A stretch of DNA of 64,000 bases from the NCBI GenBank assembly GCA_049509875.1, contig JBEKZM010000002.1, positions 115,727-179,726 on the forward strand, read 5' to 3'. The notes beneath the pieces were generated by a model, which saw nothing but the letters and a program-made list of their open reading frames with translations, was not told where the DNA came from and did not search any database. The first letter of the stretch is position 1; every line of letters begins with the position of its first letter. This stretch comes from Verrucomicrobiota bacterium (GTDB lineage: Bacteria > Verrucomicrobiota > Verrucomicrobiia > Limisphaerales > UBA11358). This document shows positions 1-9,404 of this stretch, piece by piece. The position numbers and the translations under genes were made by a program.

Positions 1-123
1 ATCATAGCATTTTCCTTTCGCTTAGGCTTACCAGCCTAAATGATGCCAAACCGTTTGCGCCGAAAACTACTGGCAATCATCATATAATCTGACCCCGGCT
101 GTTCGCCCCCTGTTCAATTTTTT

Positions 124-1056
124 TCAGACAAAACAAAAAGCGCCAGAGCGCCATTCATTTTCCGTCCGACTGGAGCACAACTTCCACTCGAGATCGGCAT
201 ATGCGCATTGGACTTGAGCGAATTCCACAGCCAAGATGCCGGCGAGCACCAGCCGCCCCCCCGGTTTCACCCGGTTCACTATCCGTTGCCGATCAGCAAT
301 CAGCAGCGGGGCGATCAAATTGGCGCAGACCAGGTCAAATTGCCGCACCGGCCGCCGCGGCAGCCTGGCCACGTCACCGCGAGTCAGCAGGACCCGGTGC
401 GCCACCCGGTTTTTGCGGGCGTTCTCCCCGGCCACTCGCACCGCCTCCGGATCAAAATCAAACGCCTCCACCGGCGCGTAGCCGAGCTTGGCCGCCGCAA
501 TCGCCAGGATTCCCGACCCCGTGCCGACATCGAGCATCGACCGCCTTTCGCCAGGTTTGAGGAAGCCGACAATCTCGCGCAGGCAAAATGAAGTGGTAGG
601 GTGCTGGCCCGTGCCAAAGCTTAAACCTGGGTCAAGCGACACCACGGCCTGATTCCCCGCCGGCTTTTTCCGGCTCCAGCCGGGCTTCACGAGCAGGGAA
701 CGCCGCCCGGCCGGGCCGGTTTTTCCCCGAATCACCATCGGCTTAAAGTGGCGCTTCCACGATTCCGCCCAGTCCTCGCGTTTCACCCGCGCGATTTCAA
801 TTCCCGCCCGCCCGGTATCCAGTCCACAGGTCTTGATGCGTTCCAGGCCGCCCGCAATTTCCGCGCGCATTGGCGACGGCCTAAATCCGCCCTGTTCCAC
901 GAAGACACTGACCTGGCTGGTCTGGCTTTCGAGATGGAAATAAGCCACGGCCGGGCGGCCAGTCACGGCCGACAGCCATTCGCCCACTGCATCCTCAGCC
1001 TCCGCGGTGGTGGCCACCGAGATTCGCCAGAGAGGTTTCCTGGACGCCGACTTCAT
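124..1056 (-). CDS. prmA: Ribosomal protein L11 methyltransferase
   Basis: Motifs EDWAESWKRHFKP, LDPGLSFGTGQHPTT, LDVGTGSGILAIAA, ANLIA; start set at the ATG of MKSASRK. Confidence 0.93.
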   Translation of the reverse strand: MKSASRKPLWRISVATTAEAEDAVGEWLSAVTGRPAVAYFHLESQTSQVSVFVEQGGFRPSPMRAEIAGGLERIKTCGLDTGRAGIEIARVKREDWAESWKRHFKPMVIRGKTGPAGRRSLLVKPGWSRKKPAGNQAVVSLDPGLSFGTGQHPTTSFCLREIVGFLKPGERRSMLDVGTGSGILAIAAAKLGYAPVEAFDFDPEAVRVAGENARKNRVAHRVLLTRGDVARLPRRPVRQFDLVCANLIAPLLIADRQRIVNRVKPGGRLVLAGILAVEFAQVQCAYADLEWKLCSSRTENEWRSGAFCFV

Positions 1057-1095
1057 AATTTGGTTCGCACTTTGCCATTCGTCATTGGTCATTCC

Positions 1096-1755
1096 TCAAC
1101 CGACGAGGTCCCGCCAGGGCGTGAAGTTCAAGAGTTCAATCTCCGCCATGTGCGGATGCAGCGCGACTTGCGTGATGCCGGCGTACTCAATGTCGAAATG
1201 GTTGGTCTTGGGCAGCGGCAGTTTCAGCAAGATGGCCAAAATCATGCGAATGACGCCGCCATGACAAAAAACTGCCACGTTTTGTCCGCGGCGCCGGGCC
1301 TGGATTTCGCGCAGGCAGGGCTCCACCCGCCGCCGAAACATCTTCCCGCTCTCGCCGTTGGGCGCGCCCCGCAATTGAATTTCGTCCAGCCACTCGTGGG
1401 ACTGGAACTTGAACCGGTCTTCAACCTGCTGCCAGCCGAGACCCGTCCAATCGCCAAAGTCGATCTCGCGCAGCCCGTCCATGATCGTCTGCTCATGGCC
1501 GTCCAGTTTCAACATCGGCGCGAGCGTTTGCTGCACGCGTTTCATGGGACTGGCATAAATCGCGTCGATTGTCTTGTGATGCAAATATTCGGCCAGGATT
1601 TTGGCCTGCCGTTTGCCATTGGGCGAAAGGTTCATGTCGAGGGAGCCGCCAAATTTCCTTTGATAGCGGGCTTCCACCTCGCCGTGGCGGATGAGCAGGA
1701 GGCGGGCGGCGGCGGGCACAGGCAACGGGCGGCGTGATTTCCGGGAAACAGCCAT
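1096..1755 (-). CDS. Histidine phosphatase family protein (CobC/GpmB-like)
   Basis: LIRHGE, YASPMKR, LREIDFGDW, NGES and FCHGGVIR motifs; start at MAVSRK just after the rph stop. Confidence 0.88.
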   Translation of the reverse strand: MAVSRKSRRPLPVPAAARLLLIRHGEVEARYQRKFGGSLDMNLSPNGKRQAKILAEYLHHKTIDAIYASPMKRVQQTLAPMLKLDGHEQTIMDGLREIDFGDWTGLGWQQVEDRFKFQSHEWLDEIQLRGAPNGESGKMFRRRVEPCLREIQARRRGQNVAVFCHGGVIRMILAILLKLPLPKTNHFDIEYAGITQVALHPHMAEIELLNFTPWRDLVG

Positions 1756-1760
1756 GGCTT

Positions 1761-2498
1761 TCAAGCCTGCGCGATCGCGTTTTGCTGGGCGGCGAGGAGG
1801 TCCCGGATGCCGCCTTTGCCCAGCGCGAGCATCTCCGCAAGCTGGGCGTCGCTGAACGTGGCCTCCTCGCCGGTGCCCTGCAACTCGATGAATTCGCCCC
1901 GCGAATTCATCACCAGGTTCATGTCCACGCTGGCGGCCACGTCCTCCACATAGCACAAATCCAGCAGCGCCGCGCCGCTGACGACGCCCACGCTCACGGC
2001 CGCCACCTGCGAGAGCAGCGGGTTTTCGTTGATCTTGTTTTCGGCCTGCAATTTCTTCACCGCCAGCGCCAGCGCCACAAACGCGCCCGTGATGGACGCG
2101 GTGCGGGTGCCGCCATCGGCCTGCAACACGTCGCAATCCACGCAAACTGTCCGGGCGCCGACCGCCTTCAGATTCACCGCCGCGCGGATGGCGCGGCCGA
2201 TCAGCCGCTGAATTTCCGACGAGCGCCCGTCGAGCCGGCCCTTGGAGATGTCGCGCGGTTTGCGGTCCAAGGTGGAGTACGGGAGCATGGAATACTCCGC
2301 CGTGAGCCAGCCGCCCTCGACCTTTTGTTCCTTCATCCAGCGCGGAACCGATTCCTCGATGGTGACGGCGCAGATGACGCGGGTATGGCCCCACTCGACG
2401 AGCGTGGAGCCGGCTGCATTCGGCGCAATATGATTCTGGAAGAGCAGCGGCCGCAATTGACGGGCGGCGCGCCCATCGGCGCGGATAAAATCGGACAT
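1761..2498 (-). CDS. rph: Ribonuclease PH
   Basis: GWLTAEYSMLP, GRSSEIQRLIGR, DCDVLQADGGTRTASITG motifs. Confidence 0.97.
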   Translation of the reverse strand: MSDFIRADGRAARQLRPLLFQNHIAPNAAGSTLVEWGHTRVICAVTIEESVPRWMKEQKVEGGWLTAEYSMLPYSTLDRKPRDISKGRLDGRSSEIQRLIGRAIRAAVNLKAVGARTVCVDCDVLQADGGTRTASITGAFVALALAVKKLQAENKINENPLLSQVAAVSVGVVSGAALLDLCYVEDVAASVDMNLVMNSRGEFIELQGTGEEATFSDAQLAEMLALGKGGIRDLLAAQQNAIAQA

Positions 2499-2508
2499 AT
2501 TATTGCCA

Positions 2509-2536
2509 ATGATAGGCGGAAAAATTCAAATCGCAA
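2509..2536 (-). promoter_or_regulatory. Sigma70-type promoter of rph (TTGCGA-16-TATCAT), near-leaderless mRNA
   Basis: Hexamers read on the minus strand; -10 ends 10 nt before the ATG. Confidence 0.55.
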
Positions 2537-2799
2537 ACCGGGAATACCAGGCTCCAGCGGTTACGCAAGATGGTATGGAGTGGCCTCGTGCGCGGGACCG
2601 GTTGCTCTAATCATAATCAACGAAGTCCTAGTCCTCATCCAAATAAACAATGACGCCGCATCGCGCCCATTCCACACTCCACGCGGCATGTGGTGCAGCG
2701 AGAGCTCTTACGTCGTGCCCTACAGAGGGCGGGGCGGGCCTGCAGCCCGTGTCACGCATCGCGCATCCATGAATGGGCGCTCGGCATTTCGCACTCGAT

Positions 2800-3738
2800 T
2801 CACTTTTTTCCCGTTTCGAATCCGGCGAACAGGCCTTCCAGGTTGTTCAAACTGCCGGCCGGGGGCTTGGGGTTCAGCGCTTTTTGCACAAAGTCAATGC
2901 CGTCCGCGATGGTGCGGATGGATTTGGGCAGGATCGCGCCGGCGGCGTTGGCGTGGCCGCCGCCCTGAAACTTCGTTGCCAGCGGCAACGCCTCGCCGTG
3001 CCGGCTGCGGAAACTGGCGAATATGGAGTTGGCACGCCGAAACAGTGTCACCAGCACCGGATATTTCGTCGCCCCCGATTCGAGAAGCTGATGGACAATC
3101 TGGTTGCTGTTGCCGATCACGGTGTCCACAAAGGCCACGGTGGGCGACAGCTCCACCACATGGCGCCGGCTCCACTCCAAGCCGATGGGATCCTCCACGC
3201 GGCGTTTGACCGCCATGACTTCCAAGAGCGGATGGTCCAGCAGTTTTTCCAGGTCGCCGTCCAGCACAGTGTGCAGGTTCCAGAATTGGTACGCTTTCAC
3301 CAGGCTGGCGTAATCGCCGGCCACGGCGAAGTCCGGGTCGTTTTCCAGGAACAAATCGGCGACGTCGTTGAGATGGACGAGGCGGTCGAGCGTGGGCGAC
3401 CCGAGTTTTTCCGCCAGGCAAAGTTCGTAGGCGAGCAGGCCGGCGGATTTGGTGACGTCGTGGATGAGCCGCGCATTTTTCGGGACGGCGTCGGTCACGT
3501 GATGGTCCACGACCACCCAACCCGGCCGGTCCATGCGCGCTTCAAAGGCAAAATCGGCGACCCAGGCGGACTTCTCGCGCAGATCGCGCTGCTTCCAGTA
3601 ATTATAGTGATAAGCCTCCAGCGGCACGACTTTGTCGAAAAGATGTTTGGCCAGCCGCTGCAACAGCAGGCCGGACAAAAAGCCGTCCAGATCACTTTCG
3701 TGCGTGATGATAACCTCGGGCCTTGGCAATACGGTCAT
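2800..3738 (-). CDS. DHH/DHHA1 family phosphoesterase (nanoRNase-like)
   Basis: THESDLDG, VVDHH and GGGHANAAGA motifs. Confidence 0.88.
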   Translation of the reverse strand: MTVLPRPEVIITHESDLDGFLSGLLLQRLAKHLFDKVVPLEAYHYNYWKQRDLREKSAWVADFAFEARMDRPGWVVVDHHVTDAVPKNARLIHDVTKSAGLLAYELCLAEKLGSPTLDRLVHLNDVADLFLENDPDFAVAGDYASLVKAYQFWNLHTVLDGDLEKLLDHPLLEVMAVKRRVEDPIGLEWSRRHVVELSPTVAFVDTVIGNSNQIVHQLLESGATKYPVLVTLFRRANSIFASFRSRHGEALPLATKFQGGGHANAAGAILPKSIRTIADGIDFVQKALNPKPPAGSLNNLEGLFAGFETGKK

Positions 3739-4007
3739 TGGCCAAGGTTAATGAAAACGCCGCCGCATGGCGAGCGGGAACGGACTCCAATGGGGGGATG
3801 ACGCGCTTGGTCAGCGTCAGCTCAAAATCCACCGGCGCCTCCGCTTGGGGCGGGCGCGGGCGAGAAATTTGGCGAGACGCCGAATTGAATCGGCTGGAAA
3901 CCGTTCAGAATCACCCCCCAATTCCGCAAGTTTTCTTAAGCCACGCCGTCAGAGGAAGTAGAGCAACTAAAAAATTCATCAATTCACGGCTTTTTCGATG
4001 AAGTTCC

Positions 4008-4035
4008 TTGCCTCCAAAAGAAAGTCTGTTATGAT
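4008..4035 (+). promoter_or_regulatory. Promoter TTGCCT-16-TATGAT with extended -10 (TG) driving a small transcript
   Basis: Near-consensus elements directly upstream of the structured segment at 4041-4146. Confidence 0.65.
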
Positions 4036-4043
4036 TCCTTGTG

Positions 4044-4108
4044 GCTACGGAGCCGCAGGTTTCAGCGGGCATCCCAGCTTGCGAGCCAGTTCGAAGGCCC
4101 CCGTAGCA
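4044..4108 (+). ncRNA. Candidate tRNA-like small RNA (alternative reading: leaderless 21-aa ORF 4041-4106)
   Basis: 7-bp closing stem GCTACGG/CCGTAGC plus A; CCGC-AGGTTTCA-GCGG arm; GAGCC-AGTTCGAA-GGCCC arm; own promoter and terminator. Confidence 0.45.
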
Positions 4109-4114
4109 ATTTAA

Positions 4115-4146
4115 AGCGCAGGTGTGATGCCTGCGCTAAATTTTTT
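4115..4146 (+). terminator. Intrinsic terminator-like hairpin
   Basis: AGCGCAGG-tgtgatg-CCTGCGCT followed by AAATTTTTT. Confidence 0.65.
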
Positions 4147-4234
4147 GGTTCCTCGCTGTTTTCGGTTTGAAGGTGTGGTTTTTTTTGGCCAAAGTCAACG
4201 CGGCGTGAAAGTTCATCGCGGCCGCCAATTATTG

Positions 4235-4263
4235 TTGAAGCGCTCCTGGCTTTGCCTCACAAT
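4235..4263 (+). promoter_or_regulatory. Promoter of ffs (TTGAAG-17-CACAAT)
   Basis: Hexamers end 6 nt before the SRP RNA 5' end. Confidence 0.55.
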
Positions 4264-4269
4264 GATCCT

Positions 4270-4363
4270 TGCCAGGGCCTGTGGAGTGTGGACTTACGAA
4301 CCCCGCCAGGGCCGGAAGGCAGCAACGGCAGTATGCTTTGCAATTGCCGCAGTCACCCTGGCA
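4270..4363 (+). ncRNA. ffs: Small SRP RNA (4.5S)
   Basis: Helix-8 core GAACCCCGCCAGGGCCGGAAGGCAGCAACGG; terminal stem TGCCAGGG/CCCTGGCA; usual position upstream of dnaX. Confidence 0.92.
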
Positions 4364-4462
4364 CCTTCCCCCTTTGCGATTTACGATTGGCGAGGGCCGA
4401 TTTAAAATGCCAGCCGCGGTTGCAATCCGCCCGCAAATCGTAAATCGTATATCGCAAATCAA

Positions 4463-6274
4463 ATGTCCTATCAGGTCATCGCCCGAAAATACCGGCCGCA
4501 ACGGTTCGCGGATGTCGTCGGACAGGAGCACGTCACCCAGACGCTGGCCAACGCCATCGCGCAGAAGCGAATCGCGCACGCCTACCTGTTTTGCGGTCCG
4601 CGCGGCACGGGCAAAACCACCATCGCCCGCATCTTCGCCAAGTGCCTCAACTGCACCGGGGGACCGAAGGTGGATTTTGACAACGACGACCCACACGTGC
4701 AGGAAATCACCGAGGGCCGGGCGCTGGACGTGCTGGAGATCGACGGCGCCAGCAACAACGGCGTGGAGCAGGTGCGCGAATTGCGCGAGACCTGCAAGTA
4801 CGCGCCCGCCAATTCCCAGTTCAAGATTTACATCATTGACGAAGTCCACATGCTCTCGACGGCGGCCTTCAACGCGCTGCTCAAGACGCTGGAGGAACCG
4901 CCCGCGCACGTGAAGTTCATGTTCGCAACGACCGACCCGGAAAAGGTCCTGCCCACGATCCTTTCGCGCTGCCAGCGCTTTGACCTGCGCCGGATCCCCA
5001 GCGCCCTGATCACCCGCCATCTGGCGGACATCGCCGCGCTGGAAAAAGTGATCATTGACGCGCCGGCGCTGCACGCGATTGCGCGCGGCGCCGACGGCGG
5101 CATGCGCGACGCCGAGTCCACCCTGGACCAGTTGATCAGCTTCTGCGGCGATAAAATCGAAGAACCGGACGTGCTCTCGATGTTTGGGCTGGCCGCGCAA
5201 AACCAGATTCTTAAATTGAGCCAGGCCGTGCTGGCCGGCGAAATTTCCACCGCGCTCACCCAGTTGGATGAACTGGCGCGCGGCGGCAAGGACCTGGGAC
5301 GACTGCTCGGCGATCTGCTCAATCACTTCCGCAATTTGCTGATCTACCAAGTCTCCAAAGGCGACTTGAACCTGCTGGAAGCCTCGGAGGCGGAAGTGGC
5401 CGCCCTCAAGGACCAGTCGGCCGGGTCCAACCCGGACGCGCTCACGCGCATTTTGGAAGTGCTGGCCGACGCCGAACTGCGGCTGCGCGACGCGACCTCC
5501 AAGAAGATCCTGCTGGAAGTTTCCTTGCTCCGCGCCATCGAGGCGCGCAACGCGCTGCCGATTGACGCCGTGCTCAGGCAATTAAACCAGTTGCGCGGCC
5601 AAGCCCCGGCGCCCACACCCGCGCAGCCCACATCCCCTGTCCCGCGCCCGGCCCAGGCCGCCAGAAGCGAACCGCGACAGACGCATGCCGAATCCGCGGA
5701 GCACCGGCCGGCGCCCCGGCCCGAAGCCGCGCCGGCACAGCCCAGAATGAGTGCGGAGCCCGCCGCTCCCCGGGCAGCGGTTCCATCCGGAGGAACTCTC
5801 GCCGAGCTCTGGTCCAGCCTGATTGAAGCGGTCGGCCGGGTCAGCCCCTTCACGCGCGGCTACCTGCTCGACGCGCATCCGGTGTCGTGGTCGAAGAGCA
5901 TTCTCGTCATCGGGTTCGATCCGGAGTTCGAAGATCATCTGGGCCTGGTGGACAACGCGCGCAACCACACGCTGCTGGCCACCAAACTCGCCGAACTCGG
6001 GCATCCCAACGCAATGATCAAGTTTATCCTGGCAGAGGCGCCCGCGGGCTGGACCCGCCAGCCGGCCACGGTAACGCCGGCCACGGCTCCCGCTCCGGCC
6101 AAGCCGTCCGCCCCGGCGTCTGCTCCGCCGGCCGACCCGTCCCCTGCGCCGGCGCCGGCCACGGAAAAAAGGACCGCGCCCGTGCCGTTCAACAAGGAGG
6201 ACTTCAAGAACGACCCGCTGATCCAGAAGGCGCTGGAGGTATTCAAGGGAACGATTGTGGAAGTGCGCGCCTAG
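4463..6274 (+). CDS. dnaX: DNA polymerase III subunit gamma/tau
   Basis: ARKYRPQRF, GPRGTGKTT, EIDGASNNGVE, IIDEVHMLS, SRC motifs; Pro/Ala-rich linker. Confidence 0.97.
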   Translation: MSYQVIARKYRPQRFADVVGQEHVTQTLANAIAQKRIAHAYLFCGPRGTGKTTIARIFAKCLNCTGGPKVDFDNDDPHVQEITEGRALDVLEIDGASNNGVEQVRELRETCKYAPANSQFKIYIIDEVHMLSTAAFNALLKTLEEPPAHVKFMFATTDPEKVLPTILSRCQRFDLRRIPSALITRHLADIAALEKVIIDAPALHAIARGADGGMRDAESTLDQLISFCGDKIEEPDVLSMFGLAAQNQILKLSQAVLAGEISTALTQLDELARGGKDLGRLLGDLLNHFRNLLIYQVSKGDLNLLEASEAEVAALKDQSAGSNPDALTRILEVLADAELRLRDATSKKILLEVSLLRAIEARNALPIDAVLRQLNQLRGQAPAPTPAQPTSPVPRPAQAARSEPRQTHAESAEHRPAPRPEAAPAQPRMSAEPAAPRAAVPSGGTLAELWSSLIEAVGRVSPFTRGYLLDAHPVSWSKSILVIGFDPEFEDHLGLVDNARNHTLLATKLAELGHPNAMIKFILAEAPAGWTRQPATVTPATAPAPAKPSAPASAPPADPSPAPAPATEKRTAPVPFNKEDFKNDPLIQKALEVFKGTIVEVRA

Positions 6275-6440
6275 GGCATTTTCAAAAACATTGCAGCCAT
6301 GCGGAAGCACGAAATAGCGAAGCGGTCTTGGGGGAGGTTTGGCGCCAGTCTTTCTTCAAACGCTCCAAGCCCCGGCCCATGATGAACACAAAAAAAACTG
6401 ACGGACCACATTTTACGGGTTAATTTCACTCACAAACATT

Positions 6441-6752
6441 ATGTCAAGCATCGGCAAACTCATGAAACAGGCTGCGAAAATGCAGCAGCAAATGGAGCAA
6501 ATCCAGGCGCAGCTCGCCGCCCGCACGGTGGAGGCCACCAGCGGCGGCGGCGCGGTGAAGGTCGTGGCCAAATGCGACGGCACCATCGCCTCGATCAAGA
6601 TCGACCCGCAGGCGCTGAATCCGACCGACGCCCAGATTGTGGAGGACATGATCGTCACGGCCGCGAACCAGGCGCTGGGCCAGGCCAAGGAGATTTCCAA
6701 CGCCGAAATGGGCAAGGCCACCGCCGGTTTAAATCTGCCCGGCCTGACGTGA
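6441..6752 (+). CDS. ybaB: YbaB/EbfC nucleoid-associated protein
   Basis: LMKQAAKMQQQM...SGGGAVKV...IDP; dnaX-ybaB-recR synteny. Confidence 0.93.
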   Translation: MSSIGKLMKQAAKMQQQMEQIQAQLAARTVEATSGGGAVKVVAKCDGTIASIKIDPQALNPTDAQIVEDMIVTAANQALGQAKEISNAEMGKATAGLNLPGLT

Positions 6753-6838
6753 GCCCGAATCGTTTGGGTCCGCAGCACCGAATTCGCGATCACGACCGAA
6801 TTCAAGGACGACAACAAGGACGAGGAGAAAATTGACCG

Positions 6839-7441
6839 ATGCCGCTCCCTGAACCCATTGTGGCGCTGACTGCGGCGCTGGCCAAACTGCCCGGGGTGGG
6901 CCCGCGCTCGGCGGAGCGGATGGCGCTGCACCTGGTGCAGGCGGAAGCCACGCAGGTGCGGCACCTGGCCGAGGTGATAGTCGCCGCCCGCGAACGCATC
7001 CGGTTCTGCGAGGTCTGCGGCGCGCTCACGGAAAAATCGCCGTGCGCCCGGTGCGAGGACCCGCGGCGCGATGCCACGCTGGTGTGCCTGGTCGAGAAGG
7101 CCGTGGATATTTTGAGCATTGAAAAATCCGGGACCTATCACGGAAAATTCCACGTGCTGGGCGGCAAAATTTCGCCGCTCGACGGCATCGAGCCGGACGA
7201 TTTGCGGATTGCGGAACTGGAACGGCGGCTGGGCGCCGAGCCCGTCCGGGAAATCATCATCGCGCTGGGCACCGACGTGGAAGGCGACGCGACCAGCCAT
7301 TACCTGGCCCGGCGCCTGGCGCGGGCAGGACTTAAAATCTCGCGCATCGGCTTTGGTCTGCCGGCCGGCAGCGGCCTGGAATTTGCCGATGAACTCACGC
7401 TCGACCGGGCGCTCGCCGGGCGGCGGGAGATGACTCCCTAG
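6839..7441 (+). CDS. recR: Recombination mediator RecR
   Basis: LPGVGPRSAER HhH, C4 zinc finger, Toprim EGDAT. Confidence 0.97.
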   Translation: MPLPEPIVALTAALAKLPGVGPRSAERMALHLVQAEATQVRHLAEVIVAARERIRFCEVCGALTEKSPCARCEDPRRDATLVCLVEKAVDILSIEKSGTYHGKFHVLGGKISPLDGIEPDDLRIAELERRLGAEPVREIIIALGTDVEGDATSHYLARRLARAGLKISRIGFGLPAGSGLEFADELTLDRALAGRREMTP

Positions 7442-7443
7442 CC

Positions 7444-8073
7444 ATGCCTCCCGCCATCATTTTCGACCTGGGCAAGGTCCTGGTGGATTTTGATTACTCC
7501 ATCGCCGCGCGCAAGGTGGCCGCCCGCAGCTCCAAAAAATCGCTGTCAGCGCTGCACGACTTCCTCAGCCACTCCCCTTTGCTCGTGGACTACGAAAGGG
7601 GGCGGCTCACCCGCGAGGATTTTTTTGAGTCGGTGCATGCGGCCATCGGTTTTTACGGCAGCCTCGAGGAATTCGGCGGCTATTTCGCCGATATATTCAC
7701 GGAAATGCCCGGCACCATCGCCCTGCAGGCGGAACTGCGGCTGCGCGGCCTCAAGACCTATATTTTTTCCAACACCAACGACCTGGCCATCGAGCACGTG
7801 CGCCGGAACTTTCCCTTTTTCAAGAACTTCGACGGCTACATTTTTTCCTATGAAGTCGGCGCCATAAAGCCCCAGCCGGAGATTTACGAGGCCTTGGAAA
7901 AACTGACGGGCCGGCGCGGCGCGGATTTGGTTTATCTGGACGACCGGCCGGAAAACATCGCTGCCGGCGCGGCGCGCGGCTGGCGGACGATACTGCATGA
8001 ATCTCCGGAAAAAACCCGGCGGGCGCTGGCGGCCATGGGAGTGGTTGAGGAAAAGCCAAAGGCTGAAGGCTAA
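7444..8073 (+). CDS. HAD family phosphatase (YihX-like)
   Basis: IFDLGKVLVD, FSNTN, KPQPEIY, LDDRPEN motifs. Confidence 0.88.
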   Translation: MPPAIIFDLGKVLVDFDYSIAARKVAARSSKKSLSALHDFLSHSPLLVDYERGRLTREDFFESVHAAIGFYGSLEEFGGYFADIFTEMPGTIALQAELRLRGLKTYIFSNTNDLAIEHVRRNFPFFKNFDGYIFSYEVGAIKPQPEIYEALEKLTGRRGADLVYLDDRPENIAAGAARGWRTILHESPEKTRRALAAMGVVEEKPKAEG

Positions 8074-8159
8074 CAGCGGAAAGCGCCCCGGGGCGGCCAG
8101 GCCGGCGCTTCAGCGCCCAGGACGGGCGCGCTCCATCCGATATTGGAAATCGGCGGAGG

Positions 8160-9404
8160 TTACTGCGGGGGGACGGCCCAGCGTCCTTCGATCAAGCTGG
8201 CCGAGACATTGCCCAGGTGGGCCAGCACCGCGTTGGAAAGGTTGGAGAATTTTCCACAAAAGGGAAGCGCCACCACATCGGCGAAGGCACCGGGCGCAAG
8301 TTCGCCAATTTTTCCTCCGAGCCCGAGCGCCCGAGCGCCATTCACCGTGGCCATCCGTAGAATCTCGGCGGGCGAAAGACCCCGGTCGCGATTGGCCAGG
8401 GCGCGCATTTCGGCGAACAGGTCCAGCACCGGCAGGGATTTTCCCGCCGGGCGAACCGTCGCCAGGCTGTCCGTGCCCAGACAGACGTTGACACCGGCGT
8501 CCGCCAAACGGGAACGCTGGAAGGGCGGATGCCTGAAATAATCGTGACTGCGGGGGCAATGCACTACGCTGGTGTTGTTTTTGGCGAGCAAGGTGGCGTC
8601 GCCGCGCGCCAGACAGTTGACATGAACGGCCAGCACGTTGGCTCCCAAAAGCTTGTGCCGGGCGAGGTGAGCCACCGGCGAGCCCAGGCCGCAGTCGCGA
8701 GGGTCGCGGCCGTTGCGAAGCAGCCACTCATGCATGGCACCGCACGCCCCCTGGAACATGTCGAATTCCTCCTGCGATTCAGCCACATGAATGCTGACGC
8801 GCCAGTTTCTCCTGGCCGCCGTGCGCGCCGTGCGCTCGAGCAACTCGGGCACGGTGGAGTATGGCGCATGCGGCGAGAGCCAGGCGCGATTGCGGGCATG
8901 ACGAAGGGAATCGATCAGGTCCACCGCTTCGCGGAGAATCTGCGAAGGCGCACGGCGCAGCCGGATACCGGTCATTTCAAGAAAGGAGCAGACCCGCAAG
9001 GGTGTGGCGTCCCACACTTCCGGCAGCAAATCCGGCATGGATTCGATATCGCCCACGGTGGTGACGCCGGACCGCACCAGTTGGTGTGCTCCATGCAGCC
9101 AGGAGCAGGCATATTCAGAAAAGCCCCACGCCGATTTGGCGGCCATAATGGCGGGAATCCAATCGGTAAATGCCTTTGGCGGCGAAAGTTCACCCGCCAG
9201 GTCCGTGTAATCCAAGTGGCAATGGGGATTGACCAAGCCGGGGAGCAGGGCCACTTGGCCCAGATCCACGACCTTCCCGCACAGGTGGGGCCGCAGATCC
9301 TTCCACGGTCTGACGGCGCGGATTTTCTGCCCGGCAATAAAAATCGCACCGTCCTCCAAGGGCGGTGCGCTGACGGGCAGAACAGCCCTGGCCCGCAGAA
9401 TCAT
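8160..9404 (-). CDS. Amidohydrolase family (MTA/SAH or aminodeoxyfutalosine deaminase-like)
   Basis: PGLVNPHCHLD, SPHAPYS, IHVAES, HCPRS, LGTDSLA motifs. Confidence 0.85.
   Translation of the reverse strand: MILRARAVLPVSAPPLEDGAIFIAGQKIRAVRPWKDLRPHLCGKVVDLGQVALLPGLVNPHCHLDYTDLAGELSPPKAFTDWIPAIMAAKSAWGFSEYACSWLHGAHQLVRSGVTTVGDIESMPDLLPEVWDATPLRVCSFLEMTGIRLRRAPSQILREAVDLIDSLRHARNRAWLSPHAPYSTVPELLERTARTAARRNWRVSIHVAESQEEFDMFQGACGAMHEWLLRNGRDPRDCGLGSPVAHLARHKLLGANVLAVHVNCLARGDATLLAKNNTSVVHCPRSHDYFRHPPFQRSRLADAGVNVCLGTDSLATVRPAGKSLPVLDLFAEMRALANRDRGLSPAEILRMATVNGARALGLGGKIGELAPGAFADVVALPFCGKFSNLSNAVLAHLGNVSASLIEGRWAVPPQ

Noticed and set aside
101-115. GTTC-N7-GTTC as a LexA box
   Set aside because: This is the alphaproteobacterial motif, not the verrucomicrobial one; the regulated gene is outside the window and a chance match is likely
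1756-2394. Long N-terminal extension of the histidine phosphatase ORF
   Set aside because: Overlaps rph in another frame; a high-GC open-frame artefact
2550-2790. Possible ncRNA between the DHH gene and rph (GCGCCCATTC/GAATGGGCGC inverted repeat)
   Set aside because: No promoter/terminator pair seen; looks like degenerate repeat debris
4044-4108. Canonical tRNA gene
   Set aside because: No 5-bp anticodon stem with 7-nt loop, no U8, and an 8-nt T-like loop; kept only as tRNA-like
4229-5581. Long antisense ORFs (also 8529-9626, 35847-37214, 37742-39085, 53239-54537, 54840-56537)
   Set aside because: Shadow frames of GC-rich genes with no recognisable motifs
6165-6171. AAAAAAG in dnaX as a -1 frameshift site for the gamma subunit
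   Set aside because: Phase is GAA AAA AGG rather than A AAA AAG, and it lies only about 35 codons from the end
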